This document shows, piece after piece, positions 41,589 to 51,980 of a DNA stretch of 56,337 nucleotides. The position numbers and the translations under genes are program-made. The stretch comes from Bacteroidia bacterium (GTDB lineage: Bacteria; Bacteroidota; Bacteroidia; J057; JANRLA01), in NCBI GenBank assembly GCA_033763015.1, contig JANRLA010000060.1, positions 1 to 56,337 on the forward strand, in the 5' to 3' direction. Every line of letters begins with the position of its first letter. Within the stretch, counting starts at the first letter, position 1. The notes beneath the pieces are model-generated. The model was not told the DNA's origin and did no database searches. It saw only the letters and a program-made list of their open reading frames with translations.

Positions 41589-43829
41589 ATGCAACGTTTT
41601 AGTGAACGCCTCGAGTGGGCCGAGGGCGAAGCCCTGACACTCGAGACAGGCTGGCTGGCCAAACAAGCCGACGGCGCGGTACTGCTGCGCAAGGGTGACA
41701 CGATGCTACTGGCAACAGTAGTGGCCCGAAAGGAGATTGACCCGAACAAGGACTTTCTGCCCCTCTCGGTCGATTACCGCGAGAACTACGCCTCGGCAGG
41801 GAAAATCCCTGGCGGGTTTTTCAAGCGCGACGGTCGGTCGAACGAGTACGAAATCCTGACCTCGCGGGTGGTAGACCGCTCGATTCGGCCTCTGTTCCCC
41901 GAAGGTTACTTTGCCGACATCCAGGTACTCATTACCCTGCTTTCGTCAGATCCCGAGGTCAAAGGCGATTCGCTGGCGTGTGTGGCAGCCTCGGCGGCGC
42001 TATTGCTTTCCGACATTCCATTCCCCGAGCCGGTAGCCACGGTGCGGGTGTGCCAGATTGGTGGCCAACTGGTACTCAACCCCAAAACTTCTAGCCTGGA
42101 GCACGCTACGCTCGACCTGATCGTGGCCGGCACGCCCGACTCGATCACGATGGTTGAGGGCGAAATGCGCGAGGTGAGCGAAGAGGTGATGCTCGAGGCG
42201 CTGCGCCTGGCCCACGCCCACATCAAAGAACTCAACGCCCTGCAGCTCAAGCTGCAGGCACAGTGCGGCAAGCCCAAACGAGCCTTCGAGCCCAAGCTGG
42301 TCGATGCCGACCTCGAAGCCCGGGTACACGCTTTGGCCAAAGGCGCGCTGGCCGACATTGTGGCCAAACCTGTTGACAAACAGGCCCGGAGCGAAGCCTA
42401 CGATACGCTCTGGAAACAGGTGCTTGAAACCCTGTTGGCCGAACGGCCGGAGCTAGCCGACGACGACGACCAACAGAAGGACGCCAAGCGCGTGTTCGGC
42501 GACCTGAAATGGTCGGTGGTGCGTGAACATTACCTAAGCACCCGCACCCGGCTGGATGGCCGGAAGGGGGAGGATATCCGCCCCATCTGGATCGGGCCTG
42601 GCTACCTGCCTCGCGCACACGGCTCGGCACTCTTTACCCGGGGCGAAACCCAGGCGCTGGGTACCGTCACCTTGGGTACGAAGCTCGACGAGCAGATGAT
42701 CGACTACGCGACGCTCTCGACCTTTAAGCGGTTTTTGCTCCAATACAACTTCCCGCCCTTTTCAACGGGCGAAGTGAAGCCGCTACGGGCACCCGCCCGG
42801 CGCGAGGTAGGCCACGGCAACCTGGCCGAGCGTGCGCTGAAAAACATGCTCCCCGAAGACATCGAGTACACCATTCGGGTCACCTCGGATGTGCTTGAAT
42901 CGAATGGCTCGAGCTCGATGGCAACCGTGTGTGCCGGTTCGCTGGCGCTTATGGATGCCGGTATCAAAATCAAGGCTGCGGTTTCGGGCATTGCCATGGG
43001 CCTTATCGTCGATGGCGACCGGTACATGATTTTGTCTGACATACTGGGCGACGAAGACCACCTGGGCGACATGGACTTTAAGACCACCGGAACCGCCAAC
43101 GGTCTTACGGCCTGCCAGATGGACATTCAGGTGCGGGGCCTTTCTTTCGAGATCCTCTCAGAAGCCCTGGCTCAGGCCAAACGTGGCCGGGAGCACATCC
43201 TGAGCAAAATGAACGAGGTGCTGGCCGAGCCACGCGCCGAGCTATCGAGATACGCACCGCGGATGCTGCGTATGGAGATCCCATCCGACATGATTGGCGC
43301 TGTCATCGGTACCGGTGGCAAGGTTATCCAGGAGATCCAGCGCACCTCGGGGGCCATCGTCAACATCGAAGAGGTAGCCCAGGGTAACAAAACCATTGGC
43401 GTGGTTACCATTTCGTCGCCCGATACCGAGAAGCTGGAAACCGCACTGGCGCGCATCAACGCCATTGTTATCCAACCCGAGGTTGGCGAGACGTACGACG
43501 CGAAGGTGAAATTCCTGAAGGAGGCCGGCGCGGTGCTCGAGTTCATGGGCGGCAAAGAAGGCTGGCTACACATTTCAGAAATCAGCTGGAAGCGCGTAGA
43601 GACCATCGAAGGCACGCTGGAGGTGGGCGAGGAATTCCCGGTACAGCTCTTGGAAGTCGACCCCAAAACGGGCCGCTACCGCCTGAGCCGCAAAGCCCTG
43701 CTGCCCAAACCCGAAGGCTACGAAGAGCGCCCACCCCGTCCGCCCCGCCAGGATGGCGAAGGCCACCACGGCCGTGGACCGCGTCGAGATAACGGCCGAG
43801 GGCCCCGCCGAAACGACCGGCAGGACTAA
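41589..43829 (+). CDS. pnp: Polyribonucleotide nucleotidyltransferase
   Basis: LAKQADG, DFLPLSVDY, FTRGETQ, RREVGHG, ESNGSSSMA and GDMDFK motifs; KH and S1 domains. Confidence 0.98.
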   Translation: MQRFSERLEWAEGEALTLETGWLAKQADGAVLLRKGDTMLLATVVARKEIDPNKDFLPLSVDYRENYASAGKIPGGFFKRDGRSNEYEILTSRVVDRSIRPLFPEGYFADIQVLITLLSSDPEVKGDSLACVAASAALLLSDIPFPEPVATVRVCQIGGQLVLNPKTSSLEHATLDLIVAGTPDSITMVEGEMREVSEEVMLEALRLAHAHIKELNALQLKLQAQCGKPKRAFEPKLVDADLEARVHALAKGALADIVAKPVDKQARSEAYDTLWKQVLETLLAERPELADDDDQQKDAKRVFGDLKWSVVREHYLSTRTRLDGRKGEDIRPIWIGPGYLPRAHGSALFTRGETQALGTVTLGTKLDEQMIDYATLSTFKRFLLQYNFPPFSTGEVKPLRAPARREVGHGNLAERALKNMLPEDIEYTIRVTSDVLESNGSSSMATVCAGSLALMDAGIKIKAAVSGIAMGLIVDGDRYMILSDILGDEDHLGDMDFKTTGTANGLTACQMDIQVRGLSFEILSEALAQAKRGREHILSKMNEVLAEPRAELSRYAPRMLRMEIPSDMIGAVIGTGGKVIQEIQRTSGAIVNIEEVAQGNKTIGVVTISSPDTEKLETALARINAIVIQPEVGETYDAKVKFLKEAGAVLEFMGGKEGWLHISEISWKRVETIEGTLEVGEEFPVQLLEVDPKTGRYRLSRKALLPKPEGYEERPPRPPRQDGEGHHGRGPRRDNGRGPRRNDRQD

Positions 43830-43838
43830 CTTTAGGCC

Positions 43839-44837
43839 ATGAACATTCTGGTTACCGGTGGGGCTGGTTTTATTGGCTCTAATCTGGTAGAGGGTCTGTT
43901 GGCCGATGGCCATTCAGTACGCACGCTCGATAATCTGTCTACTGGGCGCCGGGAAAACCTGGCGCCCTTTGAGCGTCATGCCCAGCACACGTTCTACCAC
44001 CACACAGTTACCGACAAGGCCTTCCTCGAGCCGCACGTTGCCTGGGCCGATCAGGTGTACCACCTCGCCGCACCGGTGGGGGTTAAGTACATCATGCAAA
44101 ACCCCGTGCTCACGGTGCTCGACAACATCCGGGGCATTGATGCCGTGCTGGAGCTTGCCCACAAGTACGCCAAGCGCACGTTGGTAGCCAGTACCAGCGA
44201 AGTGTACGGCAAAAGCCTGGACCTACTCGACCCCGAGCGCACACGCAAGCTCAAAGAGGACGACTTCCGCATCGAGGGCAGCACCCAAAACCACCGGTGG
44301 GCCTACGCCAATACCAAGGCCCTCGACGAGTTCCTTTCGTTTGCCTATTACAAGGAGCATGGCACCCCGGTAGTAGTAGTCCGCTTTTTCAATACCGTGG
44401 GGCCGCGCCAGAGCTCGGAATACGGCATGGTCATCCCTACGTTCGTGAGCAAAGCCGTGCGGGGCGAAGACGTGGTGATCTACGGCACGGGCGAGCAGTT
44501 GCGCAGTTTTCTGCACGTAGACGATGCCATCCGGGCCATCCGGCTGCTCATGGGCACCGATGCCGCCCTGGGCCAGGTATTCAACGTGGGTAACCCCTTC
44601 GAGATAACCATCAACGCACTTGCCCAGCGGGTCGTAACACTGGCAGAAAGCCGCTCGGCCATCCGGCACATTAGTTACGAAGCTGCCTACGGGAGTGGTT
44701 TTGAAGATATGAACCGCCGCACGGCCGACATCGGCAAACTACAGGCGACCGTGCCCTTCGAAATCGAGCACGACCTGGACAGCATCCTGCGCGATACCAT
44801 CGCGTACTACCGCGCCCTTACCCCCGCTGCCGTTTAG
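43839..44837 (+). CDS. NAD-dependent nucleotide-sugar epimerase/dehydratase
   Basis: TGGAGFIGS, ASTSEVYG, YANTK and RFFNTVGPRQ motifs. Confidence 0.92.
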   Translation: MNILVTGGAGFIGSNLVEGLLADGHSVRTLDNLSTGRRENLAPFERHAQHTFYHHTVTDKAFLEPHVAWADQVYHLAAPVGVKYIMQNPVLTVLDNIRGIDAVLELAHKYAKRTLVASTSEVYGKSLDLLDPERTRKLKEDDFRIEGSTQNHRWAYANTKALDEFLSFAYYKEHGTPVVVVRFFNTVGPRQSSEYGMVIPTFVSKAVRGEDVVIYGTGEQLRSFLHVDDAIRAIRLLMGTDAALGQVFNVGNPFEITINALAQRVVTLAESRSAIRHISYEAAYGSGFEDMNRRTADIGKLQATVPFEIEHDLDSILRDTIAYYRALTPAAV

Positions 44838-45418
44838 CCCACCCGGTCGGGGTTGTGGGCTAAAAAATCGGCCCACGAGCGGTAACTACCCCCCACCTGC
44901 TGCGTGCCCGCGGGGGCGGATGTCTGGTAATGAGTATAGGCGACGGCCAGCGCGTCGGTGGCATCGGGCAAGAGGTCGGTATGGTTGCGCAGCTCGGGTA
45001 CCAGCTGTTTGAGCATCTCGGCGACTTGGTGTTTGCTGGCGTTGCCATTGCCCGTAACCGACTGCTTGATGCGTTTGGGGGCATACTCGGTGATGGGCAC
45101 GTCGCGGGCCAGAGCTACGGCCATGACTACACCCTGCGCCCGGCCCAGCTTGAGCATGCTCTGCACGTTTTTGGCGTAAAAGGGCGCCTCGATAGCCATT
45201 TCGTCGGGTTTGTAGGCGTCGAGCAGGCGCTGCACGCTGGTGTAGAGTTGGTGCAGTTTCTGGGGGTGGTCCCAGCCGGGCTTGTTCAGGTGCACAACGC
45301 CAATGGCCAGTAGCGCCACGTGCTTGCCCTGGATCTGCAAAATGCCGTAGCCGGTGTGCTGGGTGCCGGGGTCTATGCCCAACAGCACACGGTCTGGGGC
45401 CGGGCCGGGAGTGGCCAT
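44834..45418 (-). CDS. ruvC: Crossover junction endodeoxyribonuclease RuvC
   Basis: LGIDPGT, IEAPF, KLGRAQG, TGNGNASK and DATDALAVA motifs. Confidence 0.97.
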   Translation of the reverse strand: MATPGPAPDRVLLGIDPGTQHTGYGILQIQGKHVALLAIGVVHLNKPGWDHPQKLHQLYTSVQRLLDAYKPDEMAIEAPFYAKNVQSMLKLGRAQGVVMAVALARDVPITEYAPKRIKQSVTGNGNASKHQVAEMLKQLVPELRNHTDLLPDATDALAVAYTHYQTSAPAGTQQVGGSYRSWADFLAHNPDRVG

Positions 45419-45422
45419 GAGG

Positions 45423-48400
45423 CTAGCTGACCTTGAAGCCGAAGAGCGTCACGTCGTCTAGTTGTTCGCGGTCGTCTTTCCACTCCTTCCACTCCAAGTT
45501 AATGAGTGCCCGCTGGGTGCTCATGGTCTCCTGCTGGGTGCGCAGTACCAGGTCGCGGAAGCGGCGGGTGCTGAAGCGCTTCTCTTCTGGGCCGCCCAGC
45601 TGGTCGATGAAGCCGTCGGTGTAGAGGTACACCGCGTCGCCGGGTTTGAGCTGTACGGTGTGGTTGGTGAAGATGCGCTCTTCTTCCATCTGCTCACCGC
45701 CGATCGACTTTTTGTCGGCCCGAATCGAGATAAGCTCGGTGCCCTCGTAGTAGTTGAAGGGCAGGTTGGCCCCGGCGTACTCGGCCACGCGGTTGGTGGG
45801 GTCGTAGGTGCAGATGGCCACATCCATGCCATCGCGGCTCTCGGTGCCCTCTTCGTCTTGCTTTAGGGCGGTACGGACCCGGATATGGAGCTGGTAGAGG
45901 ATGTCGGCAGGTCGGGTAATGCCGCTCTGGTTCACGATGTCGTTGAGCAGCAGGTAGCCAATGAGGGTCATGAACGCACCAGGCACCCCGTGGCCGGTAC
46001 CATCGGCAATGACGATGACGTTCTTGCCGCCCATGTGGCTGAACCAGTGGAAGTCGCCGCCGACGATGTCTTTGGGCCGGTCGATGACGAACCAGTTGTC
46101 CAGGTGCGCATCGATAAACTCTTTGGCGGGCAGGATGTTCTTCTGAATCCGCTTGGCGTACCGGATGGAGTGCGTAAGGTGCTGGGCCTGTTCTTCGATC
46201 TCGGCCTTGGCCCGGAGCACCTCCTGGTTCTTCTCTTCCAGCTGCGAGTAGGCCAGCTTGAGCCGGTCTACCAGCAGGCGCTCTTTCTGCTCCAGCGCCA
46301 GACCCGAGGTATCGGCCAGCGATGTGATGAAGGTCTGTTCGTCGGCGCTCCACTCCCGGACCGGGCCCCGGTGTTCAATACTTAGGACCCCAACGACACT
46401 GCCCCCCTGCCGGATGGTGGCATCGAGTACGGCGCTGATGCCCTTGGGCTGGAAGACGGTATCGGCCAACTCGCGGGTACGCGGGTCGCGCAGGGCGTCG
46501 GCAGCGGCAATGAGCCGGTCGCGCTCGAGGGTACGGAAGTACACCGGGTAGTCGTCGCGCTTGATGGTCGTGCCCAGCGGGAAGGTGTGCAGCTCGGTCT
46601 CGTCCACGGCCACGCACCTGATTTCGGGGCTATCGGGCTCGTAGAGCCAGAGCGCCGCACGGATGGCGCCCAGCGTCTCGCGGGCCTGCCGCACGATAAG
46701 CTGGAAGGCTTCGTCGATGTTGCCTTCTTTGATGGCCGGGTGGGCGGTGAGCGAAAGGAGCGCCGACTGCTGCTTTTTGAGCCGGAACTCCATCGTCTTC
46801 TGCTGGGTGATGTCTACCAGCACGTTGATCGACTTGATGACCTCGCCGCCGGTATCGAGCACCGGGGTAATGGTAGCCACGACCCAGAACCGGCGACCGT
46901 CTTTGGTCTTGAGTTCAAGCTCGCCCTGCCAGATCTGCCCCTTTAGGATGGTCTTCCACTGTTGGGTGTAGAGGCTATCGGGCTGGGTGCCACTCTTGAG
47001 CAGCGTGTACCGGTTGCCCTCTAGGTCGGATCGGCTGTAGCCCGAAAACTCTATGAGCCGGTCGTTGACGTAGGTAATGTTGCCCTCCAGGTCGGTCTCG
47101 TAGACCATCGAGGAGTTGTTGAGCGCGGCCAACTGACCGGCAAGTTCTACCTGGGTGCGGCGCATATCCTCGTTGGCCGACATGAGCTGCTGCTCCTGGT
47201 CTAGGGCTACGGTGAGCGCCTGCTTGAGCTGTAGCTCCTGCCCCTTCTGCGAGGTGATGTTGAACGACACACCTATATACTTGTACGGCTTGCCATCGAA
47301 GCCAACTACGGGCGTGATGATGAGCAGGGCCCAGACATTCTCGCCGCTTTGGGTGCGGTTGAGCACCTCGCCGCGCCAGATCTTGCCGCTCTCTATGGTC
47401 TGCCACATGTGCTCGTAAAAGGCCGGGCTGTGCAGATCACTCTTCAGGATGCGGTGGTTCTGGCCGAGTACCGATTTGCGGTCGAAACCGTAGACCTTGG
47501 CAAACTCGAGGTTGGCGTAGGTAATGGCACCGTGGATGTTGGTCTCGGCCACGATTGCCGCGTTGTTGAGGGCGTTGATCTGGCCGCGGAGCTCTACCTG
47601 GGTGCGGCGCATCTCCTCGTTGGTGGCCTCGATTTCCTCGGCGTTCTGGCGCAGCTCTTCTTCGAGCGCCTGGCTTTCTTCCAGGGTCATGCGCAGCTCT
47701 TCTTCCATCACCTTGCGGTTGCCCTGCTCCAGGGCCAGCGAGACGATGTCGGCAACCGAGAGGACGAAGTTTTCTTCGTCGAGCGTCCATTGGCGCACAT
47801 CGCCCTGGTGCTCTACGAGCAGAATGCCCACGTTGACACCCCCCAGGTGGATGGGCGCCGAGAGCAGCGATGCGATGCCGTTGGGGCCAAGGTAGGTCTC
47901 TGAGAGGTCGGCCGTTGCGGGGTCGTCCTTCGCGTGCTTGGCGCTGATAACCCGCTCGCCCTGCCAGGTTTCGAAGAGCTTGGGGTAGTCGCTGCGGCTG
48001 ATTTCAAAGCCAGAGCTGTGGTGACGGGTTTTCTGTTCGTACAGGTCGAGGCACCGTACCGACTGGCCCTGTTGGGTGAAAAACCAAAGGCTCACCCGCT
48101 CGCCCAGGATGGCATAGGCCGTGGTTTCTGTAATAAACCGGAGGGCTAGCTGGACGTTACCCGACTTCAGGTCTACGTTACGGGTTAGCTCCTGCAGGGC
48201 ACTGTTTTGCTGAACAAGCCGGTTTTCGAGGCTCTTTTGGTACTGAAAATCTTTGAGTACCAGTTGGTGCTCCTGCTGCGCGTCTTCCAGGCTCTTGCGG
48301 GTGTGGGCCAGTTGGTCGCTCACCTGCTGCAGGTTGGTGCGCAGCGACTCTTCGCTTTGCTTAAGGGAGCTGATTTCGTAGCCCGCCAGGAGGTACCGGG

Positions 48401-49691
48401 CCCCACCGCCGTTTTTGGGCAGCGGCGTGATGGCACTGGCCAGCCAGAAGGCCTTGCCGTCTTTGCGTTGGTTCTTGAGCGTACCGTACCAGGTGTTGCC
48501 GGTCTTGACCGTCTCCCACAGGTCGCGGAAGAAGTCGGGGCCGTGGTTGGGTCCGTTGAGGTGGGTAAGCTCGCGGCCTTCGAGTTCGCTGGCGGTATAG
48601 CCCGCCAGTTGGGCCAGGGCGGTATCGGTGTACACGAAGCGGCCCTCGGCGTCGAGTTCTGCAATGGGCAGTGAGCTCTCGATGGCCGATAGCCGGTCGC
48701 GCAGGTGCTGCAGGTCGGTCTCGAAGCGTTTGAGCGCCTTGTCTTTGTCGCTGTAGCGCTGTTTGCATTCGCCCAGCTCCTCTACGGTCGTGGCCAACTC
48801 GCGCTCGAGTTCGGGTAGCCGCTTGAGCTGTTCGCCAAATTTTTTCAGGCCAATGGCAACGGTTTCGGAATGCTTGATGGCCGAGACCTCGTAGCCGTAG
48901 TTGCCCTCGCCAAACTGCTCGAGCGCTTGCTCGATGTCGCGCAGGTCTTTGTTGAGCTGGTTGAGTTGCTGGCCCAGCCGGCCGAATTCGGTCTTGCCTT
49001 CGGGCAGTTTCTGACGGTTTTTGAGCAGCGTTAAGGCCTTGCGTGCCGGTTGAGCCGCCCATACCCCGCCCAAGGCCGCCAGCAACAGGCCCAGCAGTAC
49101 GGCAAACACGCCCGAGGAAATCCCGACCAGGAAGTAGAGTTGTGTGTTGGTGGCAGCGGTGCTGGGCGCAGCCGAGAGGTGGGCCTGCCGCAGGGTGGCC
49201 AAGGCCTGGTTGGTTTCGCGGGCGCGGGCGGTGAGCGAGCGGCCCAGTACCACGGCGGCGGGGTCTTCGGCGACCTGTAGCGCGGGGTTATCGGCGGGCT
49301 TGCCCAGGTAGGTGGCGATGTCGGTACCAGTACGCAGCAATTCGCCCACCGATTCGGCGAGTTTCTCCTGGGCCTTGGGCGTGGTGAGGGGGGCATCGGC
49401 GGCCCGCTCCAGGTACCGCTTCACCCCAGCAGTAGGGTTGCCAGCCTGCGCTACGACCTGGGGTTTGTCGGGCTCGGTCGTAAAGCGCAAGAGCGCGTCT
49501 TGGTAGGCCTGCGCGTAGGCCGCAACCTGTAGCTGCAGGCTATCGAGCGCCTGCAGGGCTGGGGCTTGGCGGGCCAGTTGCTGGCCCGAGGTACCGCTCT
49601 GCAACAGGCCAGTAACCAATGCGCCACAGCTAACTGCCGCCAAAATGGCCACTGCGCTGGCAAGGAGCCCTATGCGTTTACCGGGTTGCAT
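45423..49691 (-). CDS. Membrane-anchored multi-PAS/GAF PP2C (SpoIIE/RsbU-type) phosphatase
   Basis: Two N-terminal hydrophobic segments, three PAS-PAC and two GAF domains; SpoIIE motifs SIRYAKRIQ, VGGDF, ADGTGHGVPGA, DGMD, YTDG and QLDD. Confidence 0.92.
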   Translation of the reverse strand: MQPGKRIGLLASAVAILAAVSCGALVTGLLQSGTSGQQLARQAPALQALDSLQLQVAAYAQAYQDALLRFTTEPDKPQVVAQAGNPTAGVKRYLERAADAPLTTPKAQEKLAESVGELLRTGTDIATYLGKPADNPALQVAEDPAAVVLGRSLTARARETNQALATLRQAHLSAAPSTAATNTQLYFLVGISSGVFAVLLGLLLAALGGVWAAQPARKALTLLKNRQKLPEGKTEFGRLGQQLNQLNKDLRDIEQALEQFGEGNYGYEVSAIKHSETVAIGLKKFGEQLKRLPELERELATTVEELGECKQRYSDKDKALKRFETDLQHLRDRLSAIESSLPIAELDAEGRFVYTDTALAQLAGYTASELEGRELTHLNGPNHGPDFFRDLWETVKTGNTWYGTLKNQRKDGKAFWLASAITPLPKNGGGARYLLAGYEISSLKQSEESLRTNLQQVSDQLAHTRKSLEDAQQEHQLVLKDFQYQKSLENRLVQQNSALQELTRNVDLKSGNVQLALRFITETTAYAILGERVSLWFFTQQGQSVRCLDLYEQKTRHHSSGFEISRSDYPKLFETWQGERVISAKHAKDDPATADLSETYLGPNGIASLLSAPIHLGGVNVGILLVEHQGDVRQWTLDEENFVLSVADIVSLALEQGNRKVMEEELRMTLEESQALEEELRQNAEEIEATNEEMRRTQVELRGQINALNNAAIVAETNIHGAITYANLEFAKVYGFDRKSVLGQNHRILKSDLHSPAFYEHMWQTIESGKIWRGEVLNRTQSGENVWALLIITPVVGFDGKPYKYIGVSFNITSQKGQELQLKQALTVALDQEQQLMSANEDMRRTQVELAGQLAALNNSSMVYETDLEGNITYVNDRLIEFSGYSRSDLEGNRYTLLKSGTQPDSLYTQQWKTILKGQIWQGELELKTKDGRRFWVVATITPVLDTGGEVIKSINVLVDITQQKTMEFRLKKQQSALLSLTAHPAIKEGNIDEAFQLIVRQARETLGAIRAALWLYEPDSPEIRCVAVDETELHTFPLGTTIKRDDYPVYFRTLERDRLIAAADALRDPRTRELADTVFQPKGISAVLDATIRQGGSVVGVLSIEHRGPVREWSADEQTFITSLADTSGLALEQKERLLVDRLKLAYSQLEEKNQEVLRAKAEIEEQAQHLTHSIRYAKRIQKNILPAKEFIDAHLDNWFVIDRPKDIVGGDFHWFSHMGGKNVIVIADGTGHGVPGAFMTLIGYLLLNDIVNQSGITRPADILYQLHIRVRTALKQDEEGTESRDGMDVAICTYDPTNRVAEYAGANLPFNYYEGTELISIRADKKSIGGEQMEEERIFTNHTVQLKPGDAVYLYTDGFIDQLGGPEEKRFSTRRFRDLVLRTQQETMSTQRALINLEWKEWKDDREQLDDVTLFGFKVS

Positions 49692-49721
49692 ACGTCGTAC
49701 TTCTGAGAGCTATCGGTAAAT

Positions 49722-50843
49722 TTGAGCAAGTGTACAGGTAAGGCTTACCGACTGGGTGCACTGAACCACGGCCAACTACCTGTGCAACCCCAGCCAACTC
49801 GAAAATTAGGTAAAACTGCCGCACCGCAGCACATGCCTTGCCCACCGGGCCACCCGAAAGAACAATTTGGGCTGTTGGCATCCGCCCAGACGTGGCCGGG
49901 GTATCGGCTACCGAAACGGCAGATACTCACCCTGGCACTGGTGGCCGTGGGTGGGTACCTGGGCCTACGGCCCTGGCTGGTAGGGGGCTGGCAGCTACCG
50001 GTAGTGGGGCTACCCATGGCGGTTGCGGCCTGTGCGGCGGCCCTGCTTGTGCCCCTAAACCTGGGCCTAGAGGCCGCCAAGTGGCGAACAGCCCTGCGGC
50101 AGACCGTATGCTGGGGGCAAGCGTGGCGGGCCGTGGTACTGGGCACGGCCTTCGGGCTGGTAACCCCCAACCGGCTGGGCGACTACTATGGCCGCCAACT
50201 GGGCTTTGACCCCGGGCGCAGAGCCACGCTGGTTGTGGCGACGGCGCTGTGCCGCATGGCCCAATGGGTACCGCTGGTACTGGTAGCCGGCGGGTTCGCG
50301 CTGCAGCTACCGGTGGTGGGGGCGGCCTGGGGCCCCTTACCCGAACTGACCGCCCTCTGGGCCGCCCTACTCATCGGTCTGGCGCTACTAGCAGGCTGGG
50401 CCCTGCGCCGCTGGCGCGCACTCGAAGGCCGAGCCTGGCTGCGGGCCCTGCGCGGCCAACTGCAGCAAGGGCTGCGCTACCTGCGGCGGCTACCTGCCAC
50501 CGTGTGGGCCGCTGTGATCCTGCTCAGTTGCCTGCGCACGGGGGTCTACCTGGCGCAGTTCGGGTTGCTACTCTATGGCACGGGGGCCGCAGCCGACGCG
50601 GGTACGGCGCTCTGGGTGGCCTCGGCGGTGCTGGTAACCAAATCGGTGCTGCCAAGCCTGACCTGGGGCGAACTCGGGGTGCGCGAGCTCCTGACCGTCA
50701 GCTACGGCGTTGCCCTGGGCCTGGCTGAGCCCCCACTGGTGCTGGCCAGCCTGCTGCTGTTCACCCTAAACCTGGGGCTGCCGGGCCTGGTGGGCGCCCT
50801 GCTGCTGCCCCGCACCGCCCGAGCGGTGGCCGCACATGCCTGA
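49722..50843 (+). CDS. Lysylphosphatidylglycerol synthase TM-domain (flippase-like) protein; start uncertain
   Basis: LNLGLEAAKW, TPNRLGDYYGR and GELGVRE motifs; multiple TMs; the true start is probably downstream of 49722. Confidence 0.75.
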   Translation: MSKCTGKAYRLGALNHGQLPVQPQPTRKLGKTAAPQHMPCPPGHPKEQFGLLASAQTWPGYRLPKRQILTLALVAVGGYLGLRPWLVGGWQLPVVGLPMAVAACAAALLVPLNLGLEAAKWRTALRQTVCWGQAWRAVVLGTAFGLVTPNRLGDYYGRQLGFDPGRRATLVVATALCRMAQWVPLVLVAGGFALQLPVVGAAWGPLPELTALWAALLIGLALLAGWALRRWRALEGRAWLRALRGQLQQGLRYLRRLPATVWAAVILLSCLRTGVYLAQFGLLLYGTGAAADAGTALWVASAVLVTKSVLPSLTWGELGVRELLTVSYGVALGLAEPPLVLASLLLFTLNLGLPGLVGALLLPRTARAVAAHA

Positions 50844-51948
50844 GTGGGCGTGGTGGGTGCTGCCGACCCTGTACTGTGGCTACATCGCAGCGCACGGGGT
50901 AGGGCTCTGGCAGCTGAGACGACGGCAGGTAGTACCCACGCCAACACCCGTGCTGCCCAGCCTGTCGCTCATCGTGCCCGTGCGCAACGAAGGCGCCCAC
51001 CTGAGGGCCCACGCCGAGCGGTGGCTGGGGCAAGTGTACCCGGAGTTTACGGTGACGGTGGTCGACGACCACTCTTCTGATGGCGCCGCCGCAGGCCTGC
51101 CCCCCGATGCGCGCCTGCGGGTGCTGGCCCTGCCCCACGACCGGGTGGGTAAAAAAGCCGCCCTTGCGCACGGCATCGCCCACACCCACGGGGCTTGGGT
51201 GGTAACTACCGACGGCGACTGCTACCCGCTGAACACCGACTGGTTGGGCACACTTGCCGGGGGTATGTGCCCTGAAACGGTGTGCCTGGTCGGCCCGCTG
51301 CGCAAACGCCACCGCGGCAACCTCTTCGAGGCCGCCCAGGCGCTCGAGAGTGTGGGCCTGGTGGGCCTGGCGGCGGGGGCCATTGGGCTGGGGGCCCCTA
51401 CCCTGGCCAACGGGGCCAACCTGGCCTTCCGCCGCACGGCGTTTGACCAGGTGGCGGGCTATGCGGGGATAGACCACCTGGCCTCGGGCGACGACGAGCT
51501 GCTGGTGCACAAGCTGGCCGGGGCGTTCGGTGGTCGTGCGGTCAGGTTCGTCTTTCACCCCCAGGCCATCGTCGAAACCCCCGCCGAGCAGTCATTACCC
51601 GCGCTTGTGCGCCAGCGGCTGCGGTGGGTAAGCAAAGGCCGCGCGTACCGCAACCCCTTCATGCGCCTGGGGCAGGTGGTAGCCTACCTGGCGTACGCCG
51701 TGCTGCTGCTGTACACGCTGCGGGTGGCGTGGGCGCCCGAGACCTGGCCCTGGGCCCTGGGCCTGTGGGCGCTTAAGCTGCTCACCGAGCTAAGTGTGCT
51801 CTACCCCACGGCGCGGCTCCTGGGCCAGCGCTACCTGCTCTGGTGGCTGCCACTGTACCAGCTGCCGTACCTAGTGTATGTGCTCTACATCGGGGTGGCG
51901 GGGTCGTTCACCCGGTCGTATGACTGGAAAGACCGCCGGGTACAGTAG
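50836..51948 (+). CDS. Glycosyltransferase family 2
   Basis: VPVRNE, DDHSSD, GKK.AL, TDGDC, NGANLAF, SGDD and QRLRW motifs. Confidence 0.92.
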   Translation: MPEWAWWVLPTLYCGYIAAHGVGLWQLRRRQVVPTPTPVLPSLSLIVPVRNEGAHLRAHAERWLGQVYPEFTVTVVDDHSSDGAAAGLPPDARLRVLALPHDRVGKKAALAHGIAHTHGAWVVTTDGDCYPLNTDWLGTLAGGMCPETVCLVGPLRKRHRGNLFEAAQALESVGLVGLAAGAIGLGAPTLANGANLAFRRTAFDQVAGYAGIDHLASGDDELLVHKLAGAFGGRAVRFVFHPQAIVETPAEQSLPALVRQRLRWVSKGRAYRNPFMRLGQVVAYLAYAVLLLYTLRVAWAPETWPWALGLWALKLLTELSVLYPTARLLGQRYLLWWLPLYQLPYLVYVLYIGVAGSFTRSYDWKDRRVQ

Positions 51949-51980
51949 CGCAACTGCCGCCCGGGGTTTACTTTAGTAGG

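Noticed and set aside
44834-45418. RuvC as a TnpB/Cas-type nuclease
   Set aside because: It is the canonical short Holliday junction resolvase with no guide or array context.
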